DNA of 64,000 nt from an uncultured Verrucomicrobiae bacterium (GCA_963735805.1 CAVTMK010000003.1:192001-256000), one strand, 5' to 3'. Positions 29,394 through 40,264 are shown, counted from the stretch's first letter. Notes: generated from the letters alone by a model not told the origin. A program made the numbers and translations.

Positions 29394-31094
29394 ATGACTG
29401 ACGAGCAACAGGACGCACAGTTCTATCGCGATACGGAAAGTATCGCCTTTCCAAAGCTAACCGATCACCAGCTTTCCCTTTTGGAACCTCTAAGCGAACG
29501 GCGCGTAGTAAGTCGTGGCGAGGTCGTCTATAAGGCCGGTCAACGCGATGTCGGCTTAACTATCGTGTTACGGGGTGAAATCGAAGCTTTTGAGACGCGC
29601 GATGGCACGGAATATCCGCTCGCTACCGCGCGCGAACGCGATTTTATCGGCGACGTCGCGATGTTACAAGGCACATCCACCCTCGCATCGGCGCGGGTAA
29701 TGTCGGCAGACGCGGAGATCCTCTACGTTCCGGCAGTCGAACTCCGGCGCGCTTTGGCAGAGGTGCCCGCGGTGAGCAAAACGATCGTCGATGCATTGAT
29801 CATGCGGCGGCGCAGGATAGGCCGGGACCGGGTGTTCTCCGGAATGCGCGTTCTCGCTTCAAGGGATGCGCGTGATGGACATCGGCTCGATGATTTCCTC
29901 GACAAAAATCGTATTCCGCATCGGCTGATCGAATTCGAAAGTAAACAAGGACAGGCGCTGAGCGAACGTTTTCATCTGACAACTCGCGACTTGCCCGTCC
30001 TTATCACGCCCGCCGGCGCTCGCTTGCGCCAGCCTTCCATGCGCGAGGTGGCGCGGGAAGCCGGTTTGCTTCGTTCGCTGGCCGGCGAAGGTGAAACCGA
30101 GGTTCTATCCGATCTCACGATCGTTGGAGCTGGACCCGCTGGTTTGGCCGCTGCTGTGTATGCCGCCTCCGAGGGATTGCGCACAGTTGTTTTGGAAAGT
30201 TACGCTCCCGGAGGTCAGGCTGGTTCATCGTCGTTGATTGAAAACTTTTTTGGATTCCCAACCGGTATTGGTGGCGGCGAGTTAACTTGGCTCGCTCAGC
30301 TCCAGGCCTACCGCTTCGGCGCAAAATTTTCCACGCCGGCGCTGGCGCTCTCGTTTGATTACAATGCCGGCGACGAATATCGCGCCTGTCTTGAGGTCGA
30401 AGGTTGCGGGGCGGTGCTACGAGCAAAAACTGTCATCATCGCGACCGGTGCGGATTACCGTCGGCTTGATGCGGAGGGGCGCGAGCAATTTGAGAATGTG
30501 GGTGTTTACTACGCTGCGACGGCTATGGAGGGCCAACTCTGTCGGAACGAAACAGTTGTTGTCGTTGGCAGTGGCAACTCGGCAGGACAGGCCGCGATGT
30601 ATCTTTCCGAGGGCGCTGCCAGGGTATTGCTCGTTATTCGTGGGAAAGACATCAGCAGCAAGATGTCCGACTACCTTTCGCGCCGGGTGCAAGCGCGCGA
30701 GAACATTGAGATTCTCTACCAGACAGAGATCCGCAAGATGTTTGGCGGGAAAAAGCTCGAAGAAATCGAGCTGGAAAATACGCAGACCCGCGAGCGCCGA
30801 ACGGTTCGAACACCGGCTGTTTTCTCCATGATCGGTGCAAGACCCTGCACCGAATGGTTGCCGCCGGAAATCGAGCGCGACAACAAAGGATTCATCAAAA
30901 CCGGGACGAGTGTCGCCGGGGCGCCGGCATGGCAGGCGAACAAGCATCAACCCGGCCCACTCGAGACGAGTTTGCCGGGAATTTTTGCCGCGGGCGACGT
31001 GCGCTCCGGCTCCGTGAAACGGTGCGCCGCTGCGGTCGGCGAAGGCGGCATGGCCGTCGCCGGAGTCCAAATCAGGTTGGCTTCTTCATCCTGA
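29394..31094 (+). CDS. Cyclic-nucleotide-binding domain fused to a thioredoxin reductase-like flavoprotein
   Basis: cNMP-type N-terminus (VVYKAG, FIGDVAML), GAGPAGLAAAVY, GVYYAAT, GSGNSAGQAA, GIFAAGDVRSGSVKR; start reassigned to ATG 29394. Confidence 0.9.
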   Translation: MTDEQQDAQFYRDTESIAFPKLTDHQLSLLEPLSERRVVSRGEVVYKAGQRDVGLTIVLRGEIEAFETRDGTEYPLATARERDFIGDVAMLQGTSTLASARVMSADAEILYVPAVELRRALAEVPAVSKTIVDALIMRRRRIGRDRVFSGMRVLASRDARDGHRLDDFLDKNRIPHRLIEFESKQGQALSERFHLTTRDLPVLITPAGARLRQPSMREVAREAGLLRSLAGEGETEVLSDLTIVGAGPAGLAAAVYAASEGLRTVVLESYAPGGQAGSSSLIENFFGFPTGIGGGELTWLAQLQAYRFGAKFSTPALALSFDYNAGDEYRACLEVEGCGAVLRAKTVIIATGADYRRLDAEGREQFENVGVYYAATAMEGQLCRNETVVVVGSGNSAGQAAMYLSEGAARVLLVIRGKDISSKMSDYLSRRVQARENIEILYQTEIRKMFGGKKLEEIELENTQTRERRTVRTPAVFSMIGARPCTEWLPPEIERDNKGFIKTGTSVAGAPAWQANKHQPGPLETSLPGIFAAGDVRSGSVKRCAAAVGEGGMAVAGVQIRLASSS

Positions 31095-31557
31095 GGCCAG
31101 ACCCTCGGCGTTTTCGCAATGCATCGATCGACAGAGGACCCGCGCCGCCGAGAATTAGCGCAATCAGCCCGGCGATGTAGAGCAGATTGATTTCATAACC
31201 CGGCGGGCCGAATTGGGGTCCGTCCGGTGTGAGGCCGATTGTCTTCACGGCACTAAAGCCGTACTTGATGTTCACGGTAAACATCGCGCCCATCATCGAA
31301 AGGATCAGCGGAACACTTACGATGGTGACAAATGCGCCCAGTAAAAGAGCCAGGCCGCCAAAGATCTCCAGCAAAGTCACCAACCATGCGTTAGCGATAG
31401 GGAACGGCACGTGAGCCTGTTTCAAAAGCTCGGCGAAGGCCGCCGGCCCACGACTCCACTTGGCCCATCCGTGCACGATGAACCCCACACCAAGAATCAT
31501 CCGAATCGGTACGGGAACCCATCGCCGCCATCGCTCGCCGTTCAAGAACTCAAACAT
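31072..31557 (-). CDS. DoxX-family membrane protein
   Basis: RMILGVGFIVHGWAK, EIFGGLALLLG, GYEINLLY, GAGPLSID. Confidence 0.88.
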   Translation of the reverse strand: MFEFLNGERWRRWVPVPIRMILGVGFIVHGWAKWSRGPAAFAELLKQAHVPFPIANAWLVTLLEIFGGLALLLGAFVTIVSVPLILSMMGAMFTVNIKYGFSAVKTIGLTPDGPQFGPPGYEINLLYIAGLIALILGGAGPLSIDALRKRRGSGLRMKKPT

Positions 31558-31877
31558 CCGGATTCCTTTCAAAATCGTTCCGGCATCGCCTAACGACACA
31601 GAGATTAGCTAGGGCCGTGTGTCGTGGCCAACGCGCTAAACTTATCTCGTGATGCGGCCAGCCTGCTCGCGAAAACCTTTGCTGTGAACAGCCTCGCTTC
31701 CTTGAATCATTTAACCGTACCACGAGAAATAAATAGGCTGCGCAAAGACCAAATACAATGTGCTGATGTTCCTACTTGCGGCCGCTGCTGGTCAGTCCTA
31801 TTGGTCGCGAAGCACTGCCCGACCCGCAGACAGTTATGAGCGATCAGCCAGCGACGACTTCGCCCGGCTAGAGACAC

Positions 31878-33642
31878 ATGCCTCGATTATTATCGGTAAA
31901 CGTCGGACTTCCGCGCGACATCGAGTGGAACGCGCGCACTGTGCATACAGGGATTTGGAAGGATCCTGTTCCTGGCCGCTGCCGAGTTGGCAGATTGAAC
32001 CTGAACGGAGATGGTCAAGGCGATCTCGCAGGCCACGGAGGCGAGCAGCGCGCCGTGTTCGTCTATCAGATCGAATCGTACCGCTATTGGCAGGCGCAGC
32101 TGAACAGGACGGACTTCGTCCATGGACAGTTCGGCGAGAAACTTCACGATCGAAGGACTGCCCGACGACGCCGTCTCCATCGGTGACCGTTATCAGATCG
32201 GCAGTGCGCTGTTCGAGGTGACCCAACCGCGTGTTACCTGCTATCGCGTTGGGATCCGCATGAACGAGCCCCGGATGCCGGCCCTGCTAACATCCAGCGG
32301 ACGACCTGGGTTCTACTTCCGTGTCCTACAGGAAGGCGAGGTGGGCGCTGGCGATGAGATCATAAAAGTGGGAGAGCCGAAAGAGAGGATGACCGTCGCA
32401 GAGATCAACGCGCTGCTGTATTCGCCAAACCATCCCCGCGATCGACTGGAGCGCGCATTGCGGATCGAAGCGCTCTCGCCAGGATGGCGCTTGTCTTTCG
32501 AGGAATTATTGCGGAGTCAAACAAAGGGCGCTGCCAATGGCTACGCAGGCCTTGTGCCGGCGGCAGCTGCACATCCCGCGACTCCCGGATTTCGGTCGCT
32601 CGCGGTTACCGCGATAGACCATGAATCGGCGGACGTCCTCTCGCTGACGATGCAGAGCGCGGAAGCTCAACCGCTGCCAACTGCTCTGCCAGGACAATAC
32701 GTGGTGTTACGTCTGCAACCGACCGAGAGAGCCTTGCCACTTTTTCGCTGTTACTCGCTTTCCGGTGCCCCGTCCGCAGAGCGCTATCGAATCAGCGTGA
32801 AGATTGAGCCAAATGGAGTCGCTGGAACGTACCTGCGAGACCATGTCCAAGTGGGCGATCTTCTCGATGTCAGCTCACCGCGCGGAAGCTTCGTCCTGCA
32901 GTCTGGAGATCGGCCCATCGTGCTGCTTAGCGCGGGAATCGGGTCAACGCCTGTTCTGGCCATGCTGCACGTGCTGGCGGACGCTCACTCAACACGGCAG
33001 GTGTTGTGGCTGCAAGCGGCCCGTGATGGGCAGCATCATCCATTCGCCTCCGAAGTCCGCCGTCTCATGCTCACGCTCTCGTATGGCCGTAGCTTTGTTT
33101 GCTACAGCAGGCCGGATTCGCGCGACAAGGCAGGTGAAGACTTCGATGCTACCGGTCATTTGTCCCGATCAGTCTTCGACGAGATTGCTCTCCCGCGAGA
33201 GGCGGATGTCTACCTGTGCGGGCCAACTCGCTTTATGTCAGACATGAAAGAGACGCTTGCGACCTTGGGCCTGGCGCCGCAACGGATCCACATCGAAATC
33301 TTCAACGGCAGCGAGTCGATCACTCCTGGTGTCGTTGGCGCAGCGACGCCAGCTCCGCATCTGCCCAGGGACGACGCTAATACCGGTCCGATAGTATCGT
33401 TCGCGCGCAGTGGCATCGCCGCACACTGGAGCGCGTCAGCCTACAAAAGTATCCTGGAGCTGGCCGAGGCGTGCGACGTTCCGGTCCGTTGGTCGTGTCG
33501 GACCGGTGTTTGTCACACCTGTGAAAGCGGGTTGATTTCCGGGTCAGTCGGCTACGAACCCGAGCCACTCGACAAGCCGGCCCCTGGCAATCTTCTCATC
33601 TGCTGCTCGCAACCGACTCGCAACGTCGTCATCGATTTATAG
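31878..33642 (+). pseudogene. MOSC + FAD/NAD-binding + 2Fe-2S oxidoreductase interrupted by a +1 frameshift
   Basis: First frame LLSVNVG...GDGQGDLAGHGG...GQFGE; second frame NFTIEGL, QPRVTCYR, RCYSL, AGIGSTP, YLCGP, CRTGVCHTC, LICC; extra A in GAGAAAC at 32139-32141. Confidence 0.85.
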
Positions 33643-33747
33643 AGGCTGATCGAGATTCGTGTACGCTTACGAATCTCATCCAAGTCGTGGCAGCATCCTA
33701 CCTGGGTGTGAAATGCGAAATACGATCATAAGAGCGAAAGGATTTCA

Positions 33748-34602
33748 ATGGACACGGTGACGTATCGGAAGGTGGATGTCGACGGCATCAAGATTTTCTA
33801 CCGCGAGAGTGGACCGAAGGAGGCTCCAACGATTCTCCTATTGCATGGCTTTCCCACTGCCGGCCACATGTTCCGCGATCTCATTCCGCGCCTCGCGGAC
33901 CGATTTCACCTCGTCGCTCCCGATCTGCCGGCATTTGGACAGTCCGATATGCCAGAGCGCGGCGCCTTTACTTACACGTTTGAGAATATCGCGAACGCCA
34001 TCGACCGCTTTACAGAAGTGATTGGTCTCGCCCGGTTCGCGATGTACGTCTTCGATTATGGCGCGCCCGTCGGCTTTCGCCTGGCCATTCGGCGCCCGGA
34101 TCGAATCACCGCCATCATTTCCCAAAATGGGAACGCCTACGAGGAGGGGCTCAGTGAAGGCTGGAATCCCATTCGAGCCTATTGGCAAGAACCGTCAGCC
34201 AGCAACCGAGACGCGCTGCGCAGCTTTCTCGCGCCTGACACGACCCGCTGGCAGTACACGCATGGTGTGCCAGACGTGACCGCTGTTTCTCCGGACGGTT
34301 ATTCGCTCGACAACTTCTATCTGGCTCGCCCTGGCGCCGACGACATCCAGTTGGACTTGTTAGGCAACTATAAGAGCAACGTCGCGATCTATCCGACCTT
34401 TCAAAACTATTTCCGGACGCACAAGCCACGTTTACTAGCGGTTTGGGGAAAGAACGATCCGTTCTTCCTGCCGCAAGGTGCCGAGGCGTTCAAACGCGAT
34501 ATTCCCGGTGCGGTCGTCCATTTCTTCGACACTGGCCACTTCGCGCTCGAAACGCATGCGAAGGAGATTGGAGCTGAGATCCGCGACTTCCTTGCGGACT
34601 GA
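33748..34602 (+). CDS. Alpha/beta hydrolase (epoxide hydrolase/dehalogenase-like)
   Basis: LLHGFP, APDLPAFG, FDYGAP, WGKNDPFF, GHFALE. Confidence 0.9.
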   Translation: MDTVTYRKVDVDGIKIFYRESGPKEAPTILLLHGFPTAGHMFRDLIPRLADRFHLVAPDLPAFGQSDMPERGAFTYTFENIANAIDRFTEVIGLARFAMYVFDYGAPVGFRLAIRRPDRITAIISQNGNAYEEGLSEGWNPIRAYWQEPSASNRDALRSFLAPDTTRWQYTHGVPDVTAVSPDGYSLDNFYLARPGADDIQLDLLGNYKSNVAIYPTFQNYFRTHKPRLLAVWGKNDPFFLPQGAEAFKRDIPGAVVHFFDTGHFALETHAKEIGAEIRDFLAD

Positions 34603-34689
34603 ATGAGATACTCTCCGCAGTCCACTCGTCGCGCTGATACCATAGTGTGTGCAGTGGAGCTCGATCCCGCCCGCGGCATATGGTTTGCC

Positions 34690-35292
34690 CTATCCCTTGG
34701 AGACCTGTTTCCGCACCCGTGGTGGATCGGGTTTGAGGTAAACGATGAGGCAACAGATACAGATTCCCAGTCCAACAAGCGGGTACTTCAACGCAACCAA
34801 TGCGGCCACTCCGAAAAGGCATAAGGTTGTGATCGATCGGAAGTGCATGCTGCGGCGAACAACCGATGAAACTTCACCAACTGGGCTTCGACGAATGAGC
34901 TCCCTTATGAGGCATATGTAAGTGGCGTTTACAAGAAAGAAAACGGCTGCGTAGAAAGCAACCGGTTGCGGCGCCAATCTGCTCACGGCCATCCAGGCCG
35001 TTGAGAGCGGAAGCAGCGACATGGAAAACAGATGCGCGAAATTGAACCACAACAGGCGAGGCGTCGCCTCCGTGGCATAGCGCATGAGATAATGGTGGTT
35101 GGTCCACACGATGGCGATAAATAAATAGCTCACTGCGTAACTTAGCCATGTGGGCCAGAGCAACAGAAACGACTTAAAAGTAGGAAGCTCCGGTGGCCGC
35201 AGGTCCAAAACCAGCACAGTAATAAGGACAGCGAACACGCCGTCGGAAAACGCGCTCAATCGCTCCGGCGTCGCTCTATGAAGCACGGCCAT
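34690..35292 (-). CDS. TMEM175-family (K+ channel-like) membrane protein
   Basis: RLSAFSDGVFAVLITVLVL (RxxxFSD), SYLFIAIVWTNHH. Confidence 0.88.
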   Translation of the reverse strand: MAVLHRATPERLSAFSDGVFAVLITVLVLDLRPPELPTFKSFLLLWPTWLSYAVSYLFIAIVWTNHHYLMRYATEATPRLLWFNFAHLFSMSLLPLSTAWMAVSRLAPQPVAFYAAVFFLVNATYICLIRELIRRSPVGEVSSVVRRSMHFRSITTLCLFGVAALVALKYPLVGLGICICCLIVYLKPDPPRVRKQVSKG

Positions 35293-35344
35293 ATGGTTTT
35301 CTATGCCGGCAAATCCTGTTTAGACCGACGTAAACTGTCCGTCA

Positions 35345-36454
35345 CTAGCTAAACGCTTCCTTGTTCACCACGTATGGCATCCTGGCCGGGTTACCGTCGT
35401 AGTTGCCTTCGAGCACGTCGATCAGTCCCTGCACCGTGCGCCCCGCCATGCCTTTTTCGGGGTCAACCGACAACCGTGTGATCTGCGCGCCGCTGGCGAA
35501 ATGGTGAAATACGCGACAGCGATCGGCAATTTCCGGATCGAGCAGCGGCGAATCCGCTGGTAAAGGCTCTTTCTCGAAGACGTCGAGCGCGGCGCCAGCA
35601 ATGACTTTTTCTTTCAATGCTTTCGCGAGGGCTTTCTCGTCTACCACGGGACCGCGCGAGCTGTTCATTAAGTACGCCGTCGGCTTCATCAGTTTCAGCG
35701 TTTGCTCGTTGATGAGGTGATAAGTCGGCTTGTCGGTCTCACCTTCACGCAACAGCGGCACGTGAATCGTCACGTAATCGGCGCCGCGCAACGCGTCCTC
35801 GAACTCGACATATTTGATCCACGTCTTCTCGTTCTGGATTCCGCGCGTGTGACGCAGATCCATCAGCTCCTGGGTAGCAGCGATGTATTTGTCGTTGTGA
35901 TACGCCGGATCGTAGCAAAGGATGTTCATGTCGAAACCGGTGCATTTCTTAATCATTGCCAGGCCGATACGACCGGTGCCGATGACCGCAATCGTTTTGC
36001 CCGTGACCTCGTCACCGAGGAACGGCAGGAACGGATGCCACGAGGGCCACCTTTGTTCGCGCACCAGTCGCTCGCTCTGCCACATCTTGCGCGCGAGCAC
36101 GCCCATCATGAAAAACGCGAACTCGGCGGTGGCTTCGGTAAGCACGTCGGCGGTATTCGTAAACGGGATCTTGTATTTGTTCGCGTCAGCGCGATTGATG
36201 TTGTCGAACCCGACTGCGATCTGGGCCACCACCTTCAAAGTCCCCTTCCCTGCTTCGAATACTTCGGCGTCGATCGGATCGCGCAGCGTGGTGATCAGCC
36301 CGTCGACGCCGCTCTTCACTTTCTCGATGATCAATTTCTTCGGCGGGGCGTCCGGCCCCTGGTAAACCTCCAGGTCATAACCGCGTTCGCGGAGCCGGTT
36401 CTCGGCAGCATCGCCGATGCGGGAGGTGGCAAAGACTCGTTTCTTATCGGGCAT
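35345..36454 (-). CDS. D-2-hydroxyacid dehydrogenase (glyoxylate reductase/glycerate dehydrogenase-like)
   Basis: AVGFDNI, GTGRIG, IHVPL, NSSRGPVVDE, ALDVFEKEP. Confidence 0.92.
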   Translation of the reverse strand: MPDKKRVFATSRIGDAAENRLRERGYDLEVYQGPDAPPKKLIIEKVKSGVDGLITTLRDPIDAEVFEAGKGTLKVVAQIAVGFDNINRADANKYKIPFTNTADVLTEATAEFAFFMMGVLARKMWQSERLVREQRWPSWHPFLPFLGDEVTGKTIAVIGTGRIGLAMIKKCTGFDMNILCYDPAYHNDKYIAATQELMDLRHTRGIQNEKTWIKYVEFEDALRGADYVTIHVPLLREGETDKPTYHLINEQTLKLMKPTAYLMNSSRGPVVDEKALAKALKEKVIAGAALDVFEKEPLPADSPLLDPEIADRCRVFHHFASGAQITRLSVDPEKGMAGRTVQGLIDVLEGNYDGNPARMPYVVNKEAFS

Positions 36455-36556
36455 GGCTAAAGAAGATGGATCTGCATATTACGTCAACTCTTGGCTACTT
36501 GCTTGAAACGAATGTAGATAAGAACAAAGTGGCAATTGCGAGCAACGCGAGAAAAC

Positions 36557-37006
36557 ATGACACAAGCCAATACGGAACGAGCGCTGCCAGGCGGACGCGT
36601 CATTCGTTTCGTAATCGGCGTCACCTTGATGATCATCGTGATTCCGACCTACCTACGAATGGGTGTACCGTTTCTTTTTAGAACTACGCTCTTAATTCTT
36701 AGCCTGTTGGTCGCATATATCCTTATTCACATCTTCGTGTCGCACAGATGGGTGGGTTCAATTCTCGCTTCAGCGCTTTTTGTTTTGGTCTATCTGTTTG
36801 GCGGCTATCACGGATTAATTCTCAGCCGGGGCGAAGGACGATTGGCAGCCGTCACGTTCCTTGGGTTATCGCTCGTCGTGGCAAGCTTGCGCGGTGATGC
36901 TGGATGTGAACTGACGTCTATTCCAAGTGCGCTTTTGGGTCAGCACTCGCGTTTAGCTTGTCTTGTGTTCTCACCGATTGATCGGGTGGAGAGAAAACTT
37001 CGATAA
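36557..37006 (+). CDS. Hypothetical membrane protein
   Basis: About four TM segments; C-terminal GCELTSIP...ACLVFSPID. Confidence 0.7.
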   Translation: MTQANTERALPGGRVIRFVIGVTLMIIVIPTYLRMGVPFLFRTTLLILSLLVAYILIHIFVSHRWVGSILASALFVLVYLFGGYHGLILSRGEGRLAAVTFLGLSLVVASLRGDAGCELTSIPSALLGQHSRLACLVFSPIDRVERKLR

Positions 37007-38191
37007 CTACAGGTTTTTCTTCACCCACGTGTCGACTCGATCAAGCGCTTTCTCAATGTTCTCGATCGAGTTCGCCACACTGAAACGCAGATAGCCTTCA
37101 CCGAAATTGCCGAAGGCGGTACCGGAGAGTCCCGCGACGCCGGCGTCGTCGAGCAATGCGTCAGCCAGTTTTTTCGATGGCCAGCCGGTCGCTGTGATGT
37201 TGGGAAAAACGTAGAATGCACCGTGAGGCGAGCGACAGGAGAAGCCTTTGATCTTGTTGAGACCGGCGACCATCACGTCGCGGCGTTTCTTGAATTCGGC
37301 GCGCATCGCATCGACCGATTTCTGATCTCCGCGCAGCGCCTCAATCCCGGCGATCTGCGTGAAACTTGCGGTACACGAGTTTGAGTTAGTCATCAGACGT
37401 GAAATGTGTGCCGCGAGATCGGCGCGCATCACGCCATAACCCATGCGCCAACCGGTCATGGCGTAAGTCTTGGAAAAACCGTCGAGCAATATGGTCCGTT
37501 CCTTCAAACCGTCGATCGACATGATGGAATGATGCTCACCTTCAAAAATCAGGCGGCTATAGATCTCATCGCTTAACACCATGACGTTGCGATCGCCGAT
37601 CGCGCGTGCGATGTCGTCGATGTCTTTCTTCTCCAGCATACCGCCGGTCGGGTTCTGCGGTGAATTTAGAATGATCAACTTCGTCCGATCATTGATCAGG
37701 CCGGCGATCTCATCGACATCGAGCCGAAAATCAAGGTCCTCGCGCAACCGGATCGGCACCGCCTTGGCACCGACGTAGTTGATCATTGATTCATAGATGG
37801 GAAATCCGGGATTCGGATAGATCACCTCATCGCCATCTTCGATAAGGGCAAGAACACTGAAGAAGATGATGGGCTTGCCGCCCGGGACAATGACCACTTC
37901 ATCCGGCATAACATTTACGCTGCGCGTCTCGCTCACGTGCTGAGCGATGACCTCGCGTAACTGAGGTAAACCTGCTGAGGGACCATAATGAGTAAAACTC
38001 TTGTGCAGAGCGTCGCATGCAGCGTCGACGATGTTGGACGGCGTGTCGAAATCAGGCTCTCCAATCTCGAGATGAATGATGTCCCGGCCTTTTGCTTCCA
38101 GCGCTCGCGCCTTCACGAGTACTTCGAAAGCGGTCTCCGTGCCAAGACGCGCCATGCGCTTCGCGAGACGAAGTTCGCGGGCATTCTGCAT
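37007..38191 (-). CDS. Class I PLP-dependent (aspartate-type) aminotransferase
   Basis: IGEPDFDTP, NSPQNPTG, SDEIY, GFSKTYAMTGWRMG, YLRFS. Confidence 0.94.
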   Translation of the reverse strand: MQNARELRLAKRMARLGTETAFEVLVKARALEAKGRDIIHLEIGEPDFDTPSNIVDAACDALHKSFTHYGPSAGLPQLREVIAQHVSETRSVNVMPDEVVIVPGGKPIIFFSVLALIEDGDEVIYPNPGFPIYESMINYVGAKAVPIRLREDLDFRLDVDEIAGLINDRTKLIILNSPQNPTGGMLEKKDIDDIARAIGDRNVMVLSDEIYSRLIFEGEHHSIMSIDGLKERTILLDGFSKTYAMTGWRMGYGVMRADLAAHISRLMTNSNSCTASFTQIAGIEALRGDQKSVDAMRAEFKKRRDVMVAGLNKIKGFSCRSPHGAFYVFPNITATGWPSKKLADALLDDAGVAGLSGTAFGNFGEGYLRFSVANSIENIEKALDRVDTWVKKNL

Positions 38192-38306
38192 GGCACAGAC
38201 TATGCGCGGACGAGGTCTTCTCTCAACCATCAAAACTCAACTTTTCGCCCTAGCCACCCGGTGCGCCAAATACAGCCAGGCTAATTCGCGCTCGCGAACA
38301 ATTTTG

Positions 38307-39419
38307 GTGAGGACGTCTCGCTGGATCGGTTTTTTCGTAATGGGACTCTTGTTTGCGAGTCTGCCTCTGCAAGTCGCAGCCCGAAAACATCCACGGAACA
38401 AGGCTCCTCACAAAGAAAAGCAATCTTCGGCCGAAATCGAGGCGGCCGCGCGTCTGCAAATTTTTCTCGACGGTTCCAACTTTAGTCCGGGTAAAATTGA
38501 CGGGCGCTATAACGAATTCACCTGGAAAGCCCTCGGCCTTTATCGGCAGTCTCGCGGCGAACCGTCGCAGTCGCCTCCACCCAACGCGAAGGGCAATGTC
38601 GCTCCCGATACCAACGGCCTTGATCTTTCCAGCGTCGAACCGGTCCTCATCACCTACTCCGTGACGCAAGCGGATCTGCAGAATGTAGGAAAATTGCCGG
38701 GCTCTCCAAAAGAACAGGCGAAGTTAGAAGCGCTTTTGTATCGCGACCCTGCCGATGCAATCGCAGAAAAATTCCATTGCGACGTTCATTTCCTGGAGCA
38801 GCTTAACCCCGGCAAGACCAAGTCGATCAAGCCTGGCGACCAATTACGAGTCCCGAATGTTCAGCCGTTCGAGTTAGGGCAGGTCAAAGAAATCAAGCCG
38901 GGCAGCGAGATTAACGCACCAGCTGCTAACGAACTTCCGGATGAACCGGAGAAGGCGCCAGCGGAACAACCGGAACCTTCTCAAAATCCACCGGCGAGCC
39001 CAGCGTCATCGCCGTCGACGTCTGTGAAAATCGATACAAAAACGAACATGCTTGGAGTCTTCCAAGGCGATAAATTAATCGCGGCTTACGCCGTCACCGT
39101 AGGATCTGCACAGACCGCTTCGCCCATTGGGGACTGGAAAGTGAAGGGAGTAGCCAAGTGGCCACGGTTTCGTTACGACGAAAAGATGCTGAAACACGGA
39201 GAACGAAGCGGGCATTTCTTCATGTTACCGCCTGGGCCTCGAAATCCAGTGGGCGTTCTTTGGATCGCGCTCAACAAAAAAGGAATAGGCATTCACGGCA
39301 CAGCTAATCCAGATTCCATAGGACATTCGGTAAGCCATGGCTGTATCCGGCTGGCCAACTGGGATGTGGTTCGTTTGGCCCAGCGAGTTAAATTTGGAAC
39401 ACCAGTCTCGATCCACTAG
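38307..39419 (+). CDS. L,D-transpeptidase (YkuD family), secreted
   Basis: Signal peptide, PGKIDG PG-binding-like motif, LysM-like segment, GIHGT...SHGCIRL; start GTG 38307 or ATG 38340. Confidence 0.9.
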   Translation: MRTSRWIGFFVMGLLFASLPLQVAARKHPRNKAPHKEKQSSAEIEAAARLQIFLDGSNFSPGKIDGRYNEFTWKALGLYRQSRGEPSQSPPPNAKGNVAPDTNGLDLSSVEPVLITYSVTQADLQNVGKLPGSPKEQAKLEALLYRDPADAIAEKFHCDVHFLEQLNPGKTKSIKPGDQLRVPNVQPFELGQVKEIKPGSEINAPAANELPDEPEKAPAEQPEPSQNPPASPASSPSTSVKIDTKTNMLGVFQGDKLIAAYAVTVGSAQTASPIGDWKVKGVAKWPRFRYDEKMLKHGERSGHFFMLPPGPRNPVGVLWIALNKKGIGIHGTANPDSIGHSVSHGCIRLANWDVVRLAQRVKFGTPVSIH

Positions 39420-39505
39420 TCATTTCGCTTCTCCGCCCGGATGGTGAATGACTTAACGCGCCGAATACTTTCGCGAGCGAGCGGTCACGTGTACAGTTTA
39501 GTGTT

Positions 39506-40162
39506 TTGAAACGTCGATGGCCTTTCGTCATTTTCGGGTTCGTTCTTCTTTTGATCGTCGCTGGCGTGGCCTTGCAGATTGACTGGACATGGAAACGAAA
39601 ACTTTCACCGTGGGGCGGGCGTTACTTTTTTCATCGCACCGAGCTGGCAGTGCCGTCGTTTCGTCAGGGCGATGAGAAATGGGGCGACGATCCGCTGGGC
39701 GGAGTTGAAGCCAACGGCACGCTTGGCGGCGAAGGCTGTGCGGTGGCCTCTGCGGCGATGGTGTTTAAGTTTTACGGAATTGATGTCGATCCTCAGCAGT
39801 TGAACTGGTTCTTGACGTCCATTGGCGGATATACCGATCAGGGATGGCTTTACTGGGATCGCGCTGCATGGTTCGCTCCCGACCGGGTTCGGCACGTGTA
39901 TGAAGACCTGGCCTCGTATCAGTTGATCGATTCGAATCTCTCCCACGGCAACCCTGTCATTGTGCGGGTGCGACTGCCGAACGGCATCACGCATTTTGTT
40001 GTGATCGCCGGAAAGGATGGTTTCGATTATCTGGTGCAGGATCCCGGCGGCGGCTCGGCGAAAGGATTGTACCCGTTGCGCGAGCTCGGCAGCGACATTG
40101 AAGGGTTAAGATTTTACGAGCCGATTGCGAATCTGAACTCGCAAGCCTCTGTCCAAAGATAG
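39506..40162 (+). CDS. C39-like cysteine peptidase, membrane-anchored
   Basis: FRQGD..W, GCAVASAAM, HFVVIAG, QDP. Confidence 0.8.
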   Translation: MKRRWPFVIFGFVLLLIVAGVALQIDWTWKRKLSPWGGRYFFHRTELAVPSFRQGDEKWGDDPLGGVEANGTLGGEGCAVASAAMVFKFYGIDVDPQQLNWFLTSIGGYTDQGWLYWDRAAWFAPDRVRHVYEDLASYQLIDSNLSHGNPVIVRVRLPNGITHFVVIAGKDGFDYLVQDPGGGSAKGLYPLRELGSDIEGLRFYEPIANLNSQASVQR

Positions 40163-40264
40163 ATGCCGGCTCCGTCGCAGCTTGGCGACGACAGCAAAGA
40201 TCGCCCGCCGAACGAAATTCCTTATTTGAAAATATGACGTCGGGTTTGGCGCCAGAGTGCGGGT

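Noticed and set aside
32122..33642. Standalone 506 aa gene starting at 32122
   Set aside because: It lacks the MOSC N-terminus, which is encoded upstream in another frame; treated as one frameshifted gene
35702..36460. Long antisense or alternate-frame ORFs (also 9719-10393, 21004-21639, 27614-28225, 30417-31070, 62455-63048)
   Set aside because: Shadows of well-supported genes in GC-rich DNA with no motifs of their own
38076..38306. N-terminal extension of the L,D-transpeptidase ORF
   Set aside because: Overlaps the divergent aminotransferase; signal peptide begins near 38307
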